Source of the DNA: Mantamonas sphyraenae STR306
Lineage: Eukaryota > Protista > CRuMs
NCBI GenBank assembly: GCA_026936335.1
Contig: JAPMXV010000029.1
Location: forward strand, 496,001 to 560,000
Length of the DNA stretch: 64,000 bases
Direction: 5' to 3'
Position numbers and translations under genes: made by a program. This document shows, piece by piece, positions 34,566-47,000 of this stretch (its first letter is position 1; every line of letters begins with the position of its first letter). The notes under the pieces were generated by a model, which was not told the origin of the DNA, did not search any database, and saw only the letters and a program-made list of their open reading frames with translations.

Positions 34566-36428
34566 ATGCTCATCTTTGTTGATGCAAGTGTCAACCCGGA
34601 CAGCGTCAAACACGCCATGAAGGAGCATGCATCCTTGTCTTCCTCTTCGGCTCAAGTTGCTCAGCTCATCGACCAGCCCGCCCAAGGTTGGCTCGGCACG
34701 ACAGCGGCTGCTCTGGTGCTCCTTGCTCTGAAACACACCTCCTTTCGTGCCTGGATTTCGCACAAGGCTCTACAATCGTCTTCTACCCTCGGCAAGACTT
34801 CCTCGCTGCCCTCGCTGGCCATTGTCATGCTCGACAGCTCACGTGATCACCAGCCCTGGGTATGAACACTTCCGCGATGTCGAGAGGCAGGAAGAACAGG
34901 TATGCTCGAATTCCTTCACTCACGCCTAGCTGCCGTTTCACCCCAGATGGCTCTCAACGAGGGACCCTTTGACGTCGACCGTCTCGCTGCATGGGCTGCT
35001 GCCGTGCGCGATGTCTCTGCACAGCTGCACCATACCCATGCCCAATCCCATGTAGAAAGTGTGCTCGCCTTTTGTCAGGACTGTTTGCTCGAAAGCGACG
35101 CCTTGTCAGGATCCGCTCCGGTGGAGCTCTTTTGGCTCACTGCCAACCATCTGCAGGCTTTTGCCGACATCACACGCTCCCACATCCAGTCTCTGTCCCA
35201 TAATAACGGTAATTTTACTGTGATCAAGATGCAGAGTAGCCTGTTGGACATGCAGGAGCCCCACGAGGCAAACACCAACCTGATCAACAACAACAACGAC
35301 AATGACGACAACGACAATGAGCTGCCCATGTTTGAACAAGAAATCCAGGAGCACTTGCAAGTGCATGAGGTGTGCACGGTGCACATCATCGACTCTGTGC
35401 CCCACCAGGTCGCCCATCTGCTGTCCCAAAGTCTCCTGGACTCGATGCGGTCCACCATGAGCCGCAATGCCATCATGCGTCTTCCTTCCAGCAGCAACAG
35501 TGAGCAGTCGCCACCTACATGGTCGTTGGACATCTCACCCTTCTTGTTCCACCAGCACCTCGCCATCCAGGAAGCCCAGCGCATATTCTGTGTCTGCCAC
35601 GGCGAGCCGGTCCGTGCGACATCCTCTTCCTCGGCCACCTCCCACTGGTGTTCCGTGTCTGGGAAAACCCAAGCTGCAGACCATGTCCTTTCCGGATTCG
35701 CCAAGGGTGTTTGGGACTCTCGCTCCGTGGTCGTCGATGCCCGACAGCTCGACGAGCGCTTCCCAGCCAGTGGCTCACGCAGCCGCAACCGCACACTCAC
35801 CCACCAACTCCGCATTGGCACTTCCTCATCCTCCTCCTCCTCCTCTTCCTCTTCATCCTCCCACACGAACGATTGGACCCCCAGCTCGTCCTCCACCTTG
35901 CCCACCTCTGCACTTCGTGTCATTTCCCTCGTGTCCACCGCTCATATCGACGAGTCGTGGCTTTTTGGTGACCCTTTGGTGGCCAGGCCAAGCACAGCCA
36001 TGGACGACAACGACCTGATTGCCTTTGCGGCCTTTGTCAAGGCACTGAACACGCGTGACCAAGTCCTCCACGTCGTGTGGGAGGACGCAAACTACATTGC
36101 TCTGCCGTCCAGCACCTCCTCCTTGCTTCTCCGCTCCGTAGCCACCTTTCAGGACATCCTCGACGCGGTCACGCCAGACACCGACGAAGCTCCGGCCGAG
36201 GACAGTCCAGAGAGCATTCTGGCTGCGCGGCTCCTGGACGCCATCCCTACGGACGAAGCATTCTCTCCAGTGCGAATCACCCACAACTCCCTCCTGCGCT
36301 GGCTTGACCGTGGACGAGTCGGCGTCGACGCCGCCATGTTTCGCGCCGCCCAATTTCTGCGCCCCGTTCGTCCGTCCCACGCAAAGGCAAAGACAACCAC
36401 TGCGTCATCCTCTCGTCGCAGATGGTGA
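34566..36428 (+). CDS. M1AP: Meiosis 1 arrest protein (M1AP)-like; one in-frame TGA at 34863-34865 (short intron, sequencing error or pseudogene)
   Basis: LRVISLV....DESWLFGDPLVARPST, YIALPS..SLLLRSVATFQDIL and LLDAIPTDEAFSP resemble the recalled M1AP C-terminal blocks (ESLTYGLPFILRPTS; YVIMPS..LLVKAVATRELML; MLDSL...TYNP). Confidence 0.65.
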
Positions 36429-36537
36429 GAGGATCATTGCACACAACCTGCTCGCTGAAAATGCACCACGCCCGTTTCCTTGCCACCCCGTCCGCCAGCC
36501 CAAACAAACACTCGTATCCAAGCGCAACAACGCGCAA

Positions 36538-39500
36538 ATGACCCGTACCACGCGATCACGAAGCAAGCGCAAAGTCAACCCTGTTCAAGAGGAGGAGAAG
36601 CACACCAAGGAAGAGCTCCAACCAAAGACCAGCCAGCCTGCCGCAAAAACTCGCAAGACAGCTGCGCCGCAAGCGGCCTCATCAAGCTCGTCGGTGCGCC
36701 GTTCTAGCCGCACCCGCAAGACAACCACATTCTTTGGCTATGACGACGTCCAAGACGAAACGGAGCAGATTGCTACCCAGCTGGCTGAAGCTGAACCTGC
36801 CTCTGCGACCCCAGGTTCGAGAACGGTCGGTAAGACGTCTCGCGCCAAAACGGAATCCCCCGCAAACAAAGACGCCGGCGCTTCCCGTGCCACGCGCTCA
36901 AGCACACGCCGCAAGCGCAAGGCGCCCCAGGCCACTCAAGACAACAACTCTGACGAGGAGCTGAGCGACGACGGCCAAACGAACCGTGCTGCAAAGCAGG
37001 ACAAGAAGCGCAGCCGCACGTCAAAGCCCCGCTCCAACGCATCTTCCTCCAAGGCCAAAACAAAGGCCAAACCAAAGGCCAAACCAAAGGCCAAACCAAC
37101 CAAAGAGGCCAAAAAGCCCAAGAAACCCGCACTGGAGGGCATTCCCGACGAGTGGGCCTTGCCCAACGCAAATGACAACTCTCCGCTCGGCCAGCTTCCC
37201 ACAGAGGTCGTCTCCCGCTTCCTCTCCTTTCTTCCTGCACGCGACATCATGCATGCGGCTGCTTCCTGCCAGACCATGTTCCGCCAAGTGCACGAGAGCA
37301 TCCAGGTCGGAAAGGACCAGAAGCCCCTCGCCGAGTTTCTTCGCAAGTGGCACACCAGCGCCAAATACCAAAAGCCTCCCATCGACGTGGCCAGCCTTTT
37401 GAAGAAAGAGGACGCAGAGAGTGCCGCCTGGGTGCTCAACACCCCGTACAACGGCAAACTCAGCTCGCACACTTTGCGCGGCCACTCCAACGCACAGGCT
37501 GCCCTCTGGATGATGCGCACTGCAACCATGGACAAGCACACAAACACATCCGAGTACGTCTGGGGCGGCATCCTGCGTGGATTCAAGTCTGTCCGAGTCC
37601 TCCTCGTCGCAAAGCGCAAGTTTGGAATCAAGGTCTCATTCCGGCGCTCCGACATCACCGATCTTCTCCTCGAAGGCGAGGACAAAGAGGCCATCGACCT
37701 TGCCAAGCAGGAAAAGATGGCGTTGACTTCCTTCACCATGTCCTTTGCCGAGGAAAAGGAGAACATATCGTTTCAGCGCCTCCTCGACCTCCACGCCTTG
37801 GGCGTCGCCTGGAGCTCCCGCTCTCCGTTTTGGATTGCCAAGCGCTTCGGCTGGGCCATGTACCAGCGAGCAGTCAAAGAAGCCGGCCTGGAGGACAAAA
37901 GTCCCCTCGTCATCGAGGCAGCCATCACCGAAGATCTGCTCGATCTGTTTCGCACGGCCGTTGTTGCAGGATGTGAAATGCCCGAGCAGGTGCGCCATCA
38001 GCTCGTGGTGCACGAGCGCATGGATTTGATCCGCTTTGTCATGGAGAAGCTCAAACTGCCGCCTGATGAAATCGTCTCGGAGGCCATCGTGCACAACAAG
38101 CCGGAGCTCCTGCGCTACCTGGTCGGCTTCAAGGCCTTACCCGACGACCTCAACGTCTTCCAGGTGAAGCCGGAAGTGAAAAAGGAGATCATACGCCTGC
38201 TCATTCACAACAGCTCTGTGGTGCCCGCCAACTCCAGCACCCTTCAACTCGCCATCCGCCACGGTCAGAAGGAGTTTATCCGGCGCTGCATGGGCAAGGT
38301 CAACTTTGGACGCCGATATGTGATGGCGGTCGTGCACTCCGACCATATCGACATCGACACGCTGCGTGTGCTTGCCGAACTGCGCGTGCCCATGCACCAC
38401 GACCTCGTCGACGCGTGTCTGAAAGGACTCAAGAACAGCATCGAGTCTCTGCGCCTTGCCCTGCGCCGTCGCTGCCCTGTCAACCCATTTGCCCTCTGTT
38501 CCACAGGCAGGCCCAAGAGCATGACCCGGAACCAGTGGTGGATGCCTGTGGACGAAAACGACGACGCCGACGACGACGACCAGGAGCACGACCTGTCACG
38601 TTCCATCCTCGGTATGATGATCACCAATGGCGCAAAAGTACCGTACACCTTTTTCTACAACCAGACACTGCGCGACACCATCCTGCCAGTTCTGGAGGCG
38701 CTGAAGCCCGAGCAGCGCCACTTTTTGCCTCGCTTCACCACGATGCTGCAGGAAGATACCAAGGCCAAGGTCAAGCAGGACGAAATGCAGCTTGTGAGCA
38801 AACTGTACGAGGAGTATGGTGGCGACAACAAGGTGGTCGAAGGATTGCGCGTGCCGGCCATGCGGGGTGATGAAGACGGCAACACGCAAAACCTGATTAT
38901 CGAAGGCGAGTATCTCCCGCATGCAGACGAGGCCCAAACAAAGAAAGTGGTCTCGGCTATCAAGAACCGTGCGTGGCCAGAGCTCAAGGAGGCGCTGGAC
39001 ACCTCGGTGCCCCTCGACTGGTGTTCCATCGCCGAAACGCTGTACTACCGCAGCGTCTATCGCGAGAGTCGAGGCGGATTCTACCGAAACGTGTACTTTG
39101 GTGGCCGATGGCGTGATCGCTACTACCCGTCGTCGCTGGGGCCTCCTCAGATCACAGACTATGCGAACAAGATGACCAAGGCCGCGATCCAGCAGCTGAC
39201 GACTTGTGCTCGCATGCAGGGTGCGGTGGAGCTGGTGATGCAGGCAAGTGTCATGGGCGAAAAGTGGAAGGTGGTGACGCGCATGATCGAGGTGGGCGAA
39301 GACGTGCGCAACGAAGAGACGCTCAAGTCGCTTCTGAGCAGCGTCGATGAGAAGCACATGGAGCGGCTGGTGGACATGCGCAAGGCCAAGGGAGACGACC
39401 TCAGCGATCTTGTGCGCATCTGCACACAACGCCTGAGCCTGGACATGTTTGAGCGCTTCCTCCGCTACACGGGACTCGAGTGCAGCGGTGAGGTGCTGGC

Positions 39501-40977
39501 AAACGCAGTCGTGCAGGGCAAGTACTCCATGCTGAAGCAACAAGCAGACACGGAAGTGTTCCAGCGTAACAAGAGTCTCATCATGGAGACCCTTGCATCC
39601 AAGGCGGACCTGAAGGCCGGGGCTTCGTTGAACGAAGTCTGGGACCTGCTCGATGTACCGCACAAGGAAGCGTGCACCATTGCGGGCACGAACCTCAACA
39701 AGGTGTTTGTGGAGCACGCGATGGAGCTGGACGAATGCTCCGACTGGGGTCAAGACATTGCCCTAGCCGCAGCAAAGTCCAGCACCAACTCCATCACAAA
39801 GCGCATCCAGTTCTTGGAGACCTGTGTGGAGAAACACGGCATCGAGCTGAGCGCACAGATGATGGTGGAAGTCCTCCCAAGCAACAGTGTGCCCGAGGGC
39901 CAGGACAAGCTGGACGACGGTCCGCTGCCCTTCCTGCGCCAAGTTCTCATGCACCTTGACAAGTTGGAACCCTGGCCCAAGGCCACAACAAGCGTCCTTG
40001 TGCAGAAGATGGCACAAATGCTCAGCGACGATTTGCTCGACACGGAACTCGTCAACTCGTGGATCAAGAAAAAGTGGTCCACGCCACTGGCGGTGGCCAC
40101 CGAACGGGGTGTGGTTGGCGAGGATCAGGCCGAACTGGCTGTGACCGAGTTTTTGTCCGCCAGCAAGGGCAAAGGCGACAGCTTTGTGCTCAGCTTCGTG
40201 GCCAGTGAAGCATTCCAGGAACGGATGCAGGAGATCTTGCGCGCGGCTGCGCCGTGCTCCTGGCTGCAGAGGATGTCCCTTGAGGAGGCGCAACGCACGC
40301 TCCTCCATGGGTGCACAGAGATCGAGGACGAGACCCTGGATGTGGCGATGAAAGCAGGCTGTGTGCCCATTGTCAAGCATGCCATGAGTCTGACCAAACG
40401 TCTGGTGCAGACGGTTGCAACAGAGGCGACTGCCAAAGCCAAGTGGCCGATTTTGCGAGCGGCTCTGGAGATGGGTGCCAAGATCACGACGCAGATGGCA
40501 CCCAAGATGGAAAACAACGAATGCAAGCGATCCATTGTGGGGATCAAGATGACCATCAAGAAGAAGCTGGCCAAGCAAGTGAAAAAGCTGGGTGTTGGCG
40601 ACTCGCTGCTTGCGGTCCTGGAAAAGACACCCATGGTGGCCAGCACTCAAGAAATCCTGTCCTGGGTCAAACGCAACGCCACCTACAAGCTTCGCGAATG
40701 TTTGGACGACGGTCTGCTGACGCAGGACGTACGCGACGCAATCTGGAAGTTTGTGGAAACCACAGCATGGGACTACAAGCGCACAGCCATGCATTGGCTC
40801 AAGAACACGGCCAAGATGCAAGGTGTAAAGTGCAGTTGCTGCGATGGGATGAACTTTCCGAGGCCACCAGAGTCGCATCCGGGCTTTGTGCCATACCAGC
40901 GGCGACGGTGGGGCGGCTACAGACGCAACCGCTGGGACGAGTGGGACGACGACGACGAGTACTACGACTACTATTGA
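36538..40977 (+). CDS. Large intronless F-box protein with basic low-complexity N-terminus and long degenerate helical (ankyrin-like) repeat region
   Basis: LGQLPTEVVSRFLSFLPARDIMHAAASCQTM F-box; recurring units such as EAIVHNKPELLRYLV, LAIRHGQKEFIR, AMKAGCVPIVKH. Confidence 0.7.
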   Translation: MTRTTRSRSKRKVNPVQEEEKHTKEELQPKTSQPAAKTRKTAAPQAASSSSSVRRSSRTRKTTTFFGYDDVQDETEQIATQLAEAEPASATPGSRTVGKTSRAKTESPANKDAGASRATRSSTRRKRKAPQATQDNNSDEELSDDGQTNRAAKQDKKRSRTSKPRSNASSSKAKTKAKPKAKPKAKPTKEAKKPKKPALEGIPDEWALPNANDNSPLGQLPTEVVSRFLSFLPARDIMHAAASCQTMFRQVHESIQVGKDQKPLAEFLRKWHTSAKYQKPPIDVASLLKKEDAESAAWVLNTPYNGKLSSHTLRGHSNAQAALWMMRTATMDKHTNTSEYVWGGILRGFKSVRVLLVAKRKFGIKVSFRRSDITDLLLEGEDKEAIDLAKQEKMALTSFTMSFAEEKENISFQRLLDLHALGVAWSSRSPFWIAKRFGWAMYQRAVKEAGLEDKSPLVIEAAITEDLLDLFRTAVVAGCEMPEQVRHQLVVHERMDLIRFVMEKLKLPPDEIVSEAIVHNKPELLRYLVGFKALPDDLNVFQVKPEVKKEIIRLLIHNSSVVPANSSTLQLAIRHGQKEFIRRCMGKVNFGRRYVMAVVHSDHIDIDTLRVLAELRVPMHHDLVDACLKGLKNSIESLRLALRRRCPVNPFALCSTGRPKSMTRNQWWMPVDENDDADDDDQEHDLSRSILGMMITNGAKVPYTFFYNQTLRDTILPVLEALKPEQRHFLPRFTTMLQEDTKAKVKQDEMQLVSKLYEEYGGDNKVVEGLRVPAMRGDEDGNTQNLIIEGEYLPHADEAQTKKVVSAIKNRAWPELKEALDTSVPLDWCSIAETLYYRSVYRESRGGFYRNVYFGGRWRDRYYPSSLGPPQITDYANKMTKAAIQQLTTCARMQGAVELVMQASVMGEKWKVVTRMIEVGEDVRNEETLKSLLSSVDEKHMERLVDMRKAKGDDLSDLVRICTQRLSLDMFERFLRYTGLECSGEVLANAVVQGKYSMLKQQADTEVFQRNKSLIMETLASKADLKAGASLNEVWDLLDVPHKEACTIAGTNLNKVFVEHAMELDECSDWGQDIALAAAKSSTNSITKRIQFLETCVEKHGIELSAQMMVEVLPSNSVPEGQDKLDDGPLPFLRQVLMHLDKLEPWPKATTSVLVQKMAQMLSDDLLDTELVNSWIKKKWSTPLAVATERGVVGEDQAELAVTEFLSASKGKGDSFVLSFVASEAFQERMQEILRAAAPCSWLQRMSLEEAQRTLLHGCTEIEDETLDVAMKAGCVPIVKHAMSLTKRLVQTVATEATAKAKWPILRAALEMGAKITTQMAPKMENNECKRSIVGIKMTIKKKLAKQVKKLGVGDSLLAVLEKTPMVASTQEILSWVKRNATYKLRECLDDGLLTQDVRDAIWKFVETTAWDYKRTAMHWLKNTAKMQGVKCSCCDGMNFPRPPESHPGFVPYQRRRWGGYRRNRWDEWDDDDEYYDYY

Positions 40978-41011
40978 CCATTGCATAAGTACATTCCCAT
41001 TTTCGAGATTC

Positions 41012-44000
41012 TCAGTTGTTGAACGTGTCCAAAAACGACGACATGTCGTACTCCTCCTCATACTCCTCGTTGCTTGCCAAATCGCCCATCGACTCAAGTA
41101 CGGAAGCCAGCCCACTCTTCTTGCCCTTGCCCTTGCCCTTGCGCGTGTCCTTGCCCCGGCCCTCACTGATTGTGCCGTCCTCGTTGACGACATCCATGGC
41201 ATGCAGGTTGTCCATGAGGTCACTACTTTCCCCCGCTCGTGCCTTCTTGCGGCGGCCGCTTGCCCCTTTGTCCTGCTCCTCGTCCAGTTGGAAAAGGTCC
41301 AGCAGGGACTTTGTGTCCATGGACCGAATGCTCGAGTTGTCTTCGGTGATGACGCTGTTTGCTACGTGCAGCTTGAACTTTTGGATACTCATGATCTTCT
41401 CCTCCAGCGTCTTGCGTGTGATCAGCCTGTACACGTTGACCACCTTTTTCTGGCCGATGCGGTGTGCGCGATCCATAGCCTGCAGGTCGTTCATTGGGTT
41501 CCAGTCGTGCTCAAGGAAGATGACTGTGTCTGCGCCGGTCAAATTCAACCCCAAACCGCCCACCTTGGTGGTCAGCAGCAGCACGTCGTACGTGGGATCC
41601 GTATTGAACTTCACCACCAAGTCGTGTCGTTTGTGTTGAGGCACACTCCCGTCCAGGCGCAAGTACTGCACGCCAGGCATCTGCTTCTTGAACAGGTCCT
41701 CCTCCACGATGTCCAAGAAACTGTTGAGCTGTGCAAAGATCAGACAACGATGTTGCACCACCACAGAGCCACTCAGTGTTTCCTGTGCTTCTTGTTTCTT
41801 GCTCCTCTTCTTCCTGCTTCCGCTGCTGCTGCTACTGCTGCTGCTGCTGCTGCTGCTCGAGGCCACCGCACTTGCCGTACCTTTGCCAGTCGCTCCGTCG
41901 AGACCAATGCCACAATCGTTGAGCAACTGCCGCAAAGCAACAAGTTTGGGTGCGTGTTTGGTGTCGTGCAGGTCACTGCCGTCGTTCTTCAGCCACGCCA
42001 TCGTCTTGCGATAGTCCGGGTGTTCTTTGTTCATCACCAGCGCTGGATGCGAGCACAGCTTGCGCAGATACTGCAGACAGGCAAAGATGTGTTTGTGACC
42101 AAGCACCGGGGCGACAGTCCCTGCAGACTCTTCGTCCATGGCATTCTCTTCGTCCTCCTCCTGGTCTTCCTCCCCTCGTCCTCCTTCTCATGCTTCCTGG
42201 CTCCCTCCTCTTCCAGTTGAGCGGCTGCACGCACCACAGGGTTCGATTTCCGCAGTGATTCGTACAACTCGATCTGCAACTCGCTGGGCTCGCAGTAAAA
42301 GTCTTGGATGATCTTCGGGGGCAGGTCGGCAAGCACGTCCTCCTTCATGCGGCGCAGCATGAACGGGAGCACTTGGCGATGCAAAGCCTCGAGTGCACGC
42401 GTACCAGCTTCTTGGTCGGCCACAGTAGCCTTTGCGTCGCCGCTGGCTGTGATGGGTTTGCTGTACGTGCGATTGAAGTGCTCCTCGGAGCCAAGGAAAC
42501 CAGGCATGAGAAAGTCAAAGAGCGCCCACAGCTCAAGCACGTTGTTTTGGATGGGTGTGCCGGACAGGATGAGACGGTGGTTGGACTGCAACGAGCGCAC
42601 ACTCATGGACAGCTTCGACTTGGGGTTGCGGATGACATGTCCTTCGTCCAACACACAGTAGTTCCAGCGATAGCGTCCCAGCAACTCAATGTCGTTTCGC
42701 ACAATCTCGTACGAGGTGATGAGAACCTGGGCTTTGCCTGTTTCCAGCTCGGACTCGAGGAGTGGACGACGCTTCTTTGGAAGGCCGTAGTACATCATCG
42801 GCACAAAGTCATCCTCGCAGAAGCGGCGGATTTCGTGGTACCAGTGACCAATGACGGTGGTAGGACACACAACCAGGTTGGGCAGTGGTGCATACTCGGC
42901 TTGCGAGGTCTCTGCATATTGGAGAGTGCGCTGGTGTTGATCGCTGGCCATGATGCAGATGGTCTGCAACGTTTTCCCCAGACCCATGTCGTCTCCCAGG
43001 ATGCCGTGCAGTTTGTACTGGTTGAGAAAGGCCAGCCAGTTGACTCCCTCCTGTTGGTACCGTCGCAAATCGGCTTTGATGCGCACAGGCATACGAAAGG
43101 TGTCCAGCTTGCTGGGATCCAGTAGCTGCTGCAGGAAACGGCGCTGGTCAATGCGCTGCTGGGCCAGGGCTTCGGGCATACCCGGGGGATTCTCGATGGA
43201 TTCTTCCAGGGGAAGGAGACGGATGAGGGTGGCAAAGCAGCTGGTGAGGGTGGAGCGCACAAAAGGCTCCTGGTCGCTCATTCGACCGAGGATGGGCGAC
43301 ACAAGGAGCACGGCAAAGGGCAAAACCTGCACATCCAACACATGGACCATGCTGTGGATGCTCTCGGCAGCCCCTTTTCGTGACGTATCGTTTCGCACGT
43401 CGCTCAGCAGAGGCAACAGCGTTTCCACAATGGCCACCACAGGCGTCACGGGCACACTCACACACAACTGCGACAACGCAGAGGCGGCCATGGTGCGCAC
43501 TGCTTCGTTCTCGCTCACGGCACACTCACACAGGAGGGGCAACAGTGAACACAGGCGTGTGTGCAATTCCGGCACCACACGAGACGCGAGAACCTCCACC
43601 AGATGCAGCGCATCAATCACCTGCTGCAGGATTGCCTCCTGTTGACGTCCATCACTTTCGCTCCCACCACCGCTGCTGCTGCTGGCTTCCTCCACCTGCA
43701 TCGCCATGGCCGATTCCTTTGCGTCTGCCATCGTCCCAGAGGACGCAGATTGAATCAGCCGCAACTGGCCGTGCAGCAGATCCCACAACTGGGGCATTGT
43801 GTCAAAAAGTGAGTCACCAAACCGCTTGCAGAGGCTGTGCAGGGCGTGGTTTGCGCCGCGGGTGGTGATGCGATCCTTCCGCACGCTTTCCTTGTGTTCT
43901 TTGGACTCCAGGCGCATGTTCTCACGCAGGCCAAATGTGTTTTGCTGCGATGCACGCAGCACAATCGTCGGGTCGGATACACACATGCTGCAAAGGTTCT

Positions 44001-47000
44001 TGACAATCTTTCCAATGGGTTTGGGCTTCGTAGACGCTAGTGTGGCCACAAAGTTGGCCAGTGCATGACCAGCCCGCTTTTGCATCACTTCGTTTTCTTC
44101 GGATTGCAGCGCCTGCATAAGCGCCTGAATGATGGGCGAGATCTTGCCCGGCATGATGTCCAGGGCAACAAGGGCTGCTGACACGGCGCTGGCCACACTG
44201 GTGTGCACTGTGTCGATGGTGGACTGCAGATAACCTACCGTGGCCACCAGGCGCTTGCGCCGAACATCTTGCAGCACAGGATTGTTGAGCCCGCTGCGTT
44301 GGGCACGTTTCTGCAGCACTGGGTACACCTTGAGGACCAAAGTGTTCACCTTTGCAAGGGTAAGCGTGTCAAAGTCGCCCACAAGCGATTGCACCTCCTG
44401 TGCGCTCAGGGTGCCGTCGGGGAAGCTGGCCAGCAGTGCGCGACACTCGCTCTGCATGCGCTTCATGATACGCTGTACGTCCTGGTACGCGTAAGTGTGT
44501 TCCGTTTTCAGGTTGACCATGCTCACCAGCAGGGCAGACATGGCCTGCGGGAGCTGTGGGGGATGGCCATCGGCGCCAGCCTGTGCTGCTGCGTAGCACC
44601 ACTCCTCCAGAACAATGGCTGCAATCTGGCGCTTGTTGCCCCAGTTGCTTTGTAGCAGCTCGCGCAAAGGAGTGTAAAAGTCCAGTTCGGTCAGATGCGA
44701 GGCGTATGCGGCGACCAGACCCAGCGCCTGTGCCCCTGCCACACGCATGCGCACATTCGGCGCCATCTCCAGCGCATACGACAGCTCCTCTTGTTCATCT
44801 TCGTCTTCCACATCCATACCCGTGTCCACTTCGTCATCCGAGTCGGAGTCCAGCGACTCGTATGTCGACGTCTCTTTCAGAGCAGAGGGACGGCCTGCAG
44901 CAGACGACGATGACGATGACGACGATGAGGAGGAGGAGGAGGAGGTAAACGCACGTGCGCGTCGACGCACGGGACGGACCACCAGCATGGAGGAGCGGTC
45001 AAGCGGTTCGGACGGAGGCGTGGCCACCAGATTGTACCAGACCTGTCCCCATTGCTTGACACAGGCAGACATCTGTGAAGGGTTTTGTGCCATAGCATCC
45101 TGGATGAGGGTGCGCCACAGTTCGTGGGACATGTCGGTGATGTCTGGCGATTCTTCGCTCATGACATTCTGGAACAGATACTGCATCATTGGGGCACGAA
45201 CAGGCGGCAACCACAGCTCGCAAGGTGTGTTTTTGCTGTGTACGATCTTGTGCATGGTCTTGAGGCAAGCCATGCGCACAGAGCGCAGGTTGTGGCGCAT
45301 GAAAGGCCATAAGCGCGTGACGAGAAGTGTCAGCGGGTGGTGTTTGTCATTGCCATCCACGTCCAGGTTGTACTTTGTGCGCAGAAAGTTGCGTTCGTGC
45401 TTGCTGCTGTCCACGCGTTTGATCAGTTTGGTGGCCGGGATGGAATCCATGGCGTACACGGCGGCCAAGAGATTCATGACGCTTGCAGTGGACGATGTGA
45501 GGTCGTCCAGGTCGAGCAGGATGTCCCAGAGCACCTGAAGCAGCTTGGGCAGGTCGATATCATGCCAATTGCACACAGCCTCAGCCACAGGCAGCACAGC
45601 ATCCGCGGCGACGGCGCGAATGTCGTCGTCGTCCGATTCCAGACTTTCGATGACCAGCGGGACCACAAAACGGAACACATCCGTGAGTGTGTCTGTGCGC
45701 ACAGCCATGCAGTACTTGAGGGCCAGAAGCGAGGCGTGCTTGATCTCCCAGGCATGCTGTGCGTGCAACCGCGCGATGGCCTCCATCACCTTGACCACAT
45801 GTTCCGAAGCCATGTGCTTCAGCAACACCGCCATGGCCTGGGCACAGTTTTCACACACCGGTGTCACTACTGTGTCCCCGTGAAAGTCGGCAAACCGATC
45901 AAGCGCAAACACGCACAGAAAGCGCACGGCACAGTCTTCCAGCCAGCGCTCGTTGGCCGTCTGCATTTGCTCGGCGGTCTGAGAGTTGGCCAGTTTGCCT
46001 GCACCGGTTGCATGCACGTTGAGGATTTCACGCAGGCCGATTGCAGACCCGTGGCGAATCTCCCACACGGGACTGAACAGATTGTGCATCAGCTCCTCGC
46101 AGAACGACTGAAAGGGCCACTCGTCGCTTTCGTCAAATGCGTTGTTGATGTCAATGGCCGATTCGATGACCACCTTGTCCTCCTCTGCCTGCTCGGTAAC
46201 CACCGTGCGCAGCTTCTTTGCCGACGGCTCGCTTCCCTCACTGTTGCTCCGTTCCAGCTCGTCATCGTCATCTGTCTGTGCTTCACCCATGGATGGCGCA
46301 GACGCAAGGTCCTCACTGAAACTGGACGCCAGCGTCAGGGATGACTCACTCAGCTCTCGCTTGCGTTTTCGGTCGAGCCGCCGCTGTTTGTTTGCCTCAC
46401 GTTTGCTCATGGCTGCCGTGTTTGCTTTTGTCAGTTCTGCTACCAGCTCTTGCGAACGCTTCTTGCGTGCATCCTCTTCCATGCGCTCCGCCTCGTTCTC
46501 TCGCTTGGCCATCAACTCGGCCTCCGTTTCCAGATCCTTGTCGCTGAACAGGTCGTTGATACCTGGAAAGGGGAGGGGGAATGGTCAGTGTGACATGGTC
46601 GATGAGGGGAGCAATTGGATACAGAGGCGTAGACTGGGAAACGGAGAGAAGCCGAACGAGGCAGCCACGTACGAGTGCCCATGTCCTCGCTCAGGCCGAG
46701 GCGCTTGATCAAATTCCGCTTTTGCCACTTGATGCGCTCCTCGAGCGTCATCCCCTCTGGCATTCGAAACTCAAACTCCTGCAGAAGCGTGTGTGGGAAT
46801 TACAGAACGTGGCGACAAAGGGGGCGTGGTCTGTGTGAGCATCAAAAGCGGGAGGTGGCGGCAAGCGGGACACACTGACCTTTCCAGCAGAAGCCAGCAG
46901 TGGCTGGCCATTGTCCAGCACGCGCTGGATGTCGAAAGTGTCAAAGTGGAGCAAATCGATGTCTTCGTCCGAAGCAGTGCCGCTCGTCTCGAGTGTCGGT

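Noticed and set aside
7156-40977. Endogenous giant-virus region (dNK, F-box/ankyrin-like, Fanzor)
   Set aside because: No viral hallmark genes (capsid, packaging ATPase, PolB); the genes are interleaved with intron-bearing housekeeping genes
42100-42200. Programmed frameshifting or pseudogenisation suggested by frame breaks (BTAF1 ~42170; also XK1 ~3780, MAD2-A ~5788, XK2 ~10812, dNK-B ~15184, SANT ~22700, F-box ~31310)
   Set aside because: They hit even an essential gene (BTAF1), often at short homopolymers, and share no slippery motif; long-read indel errors are most likely and raw reads would settle it
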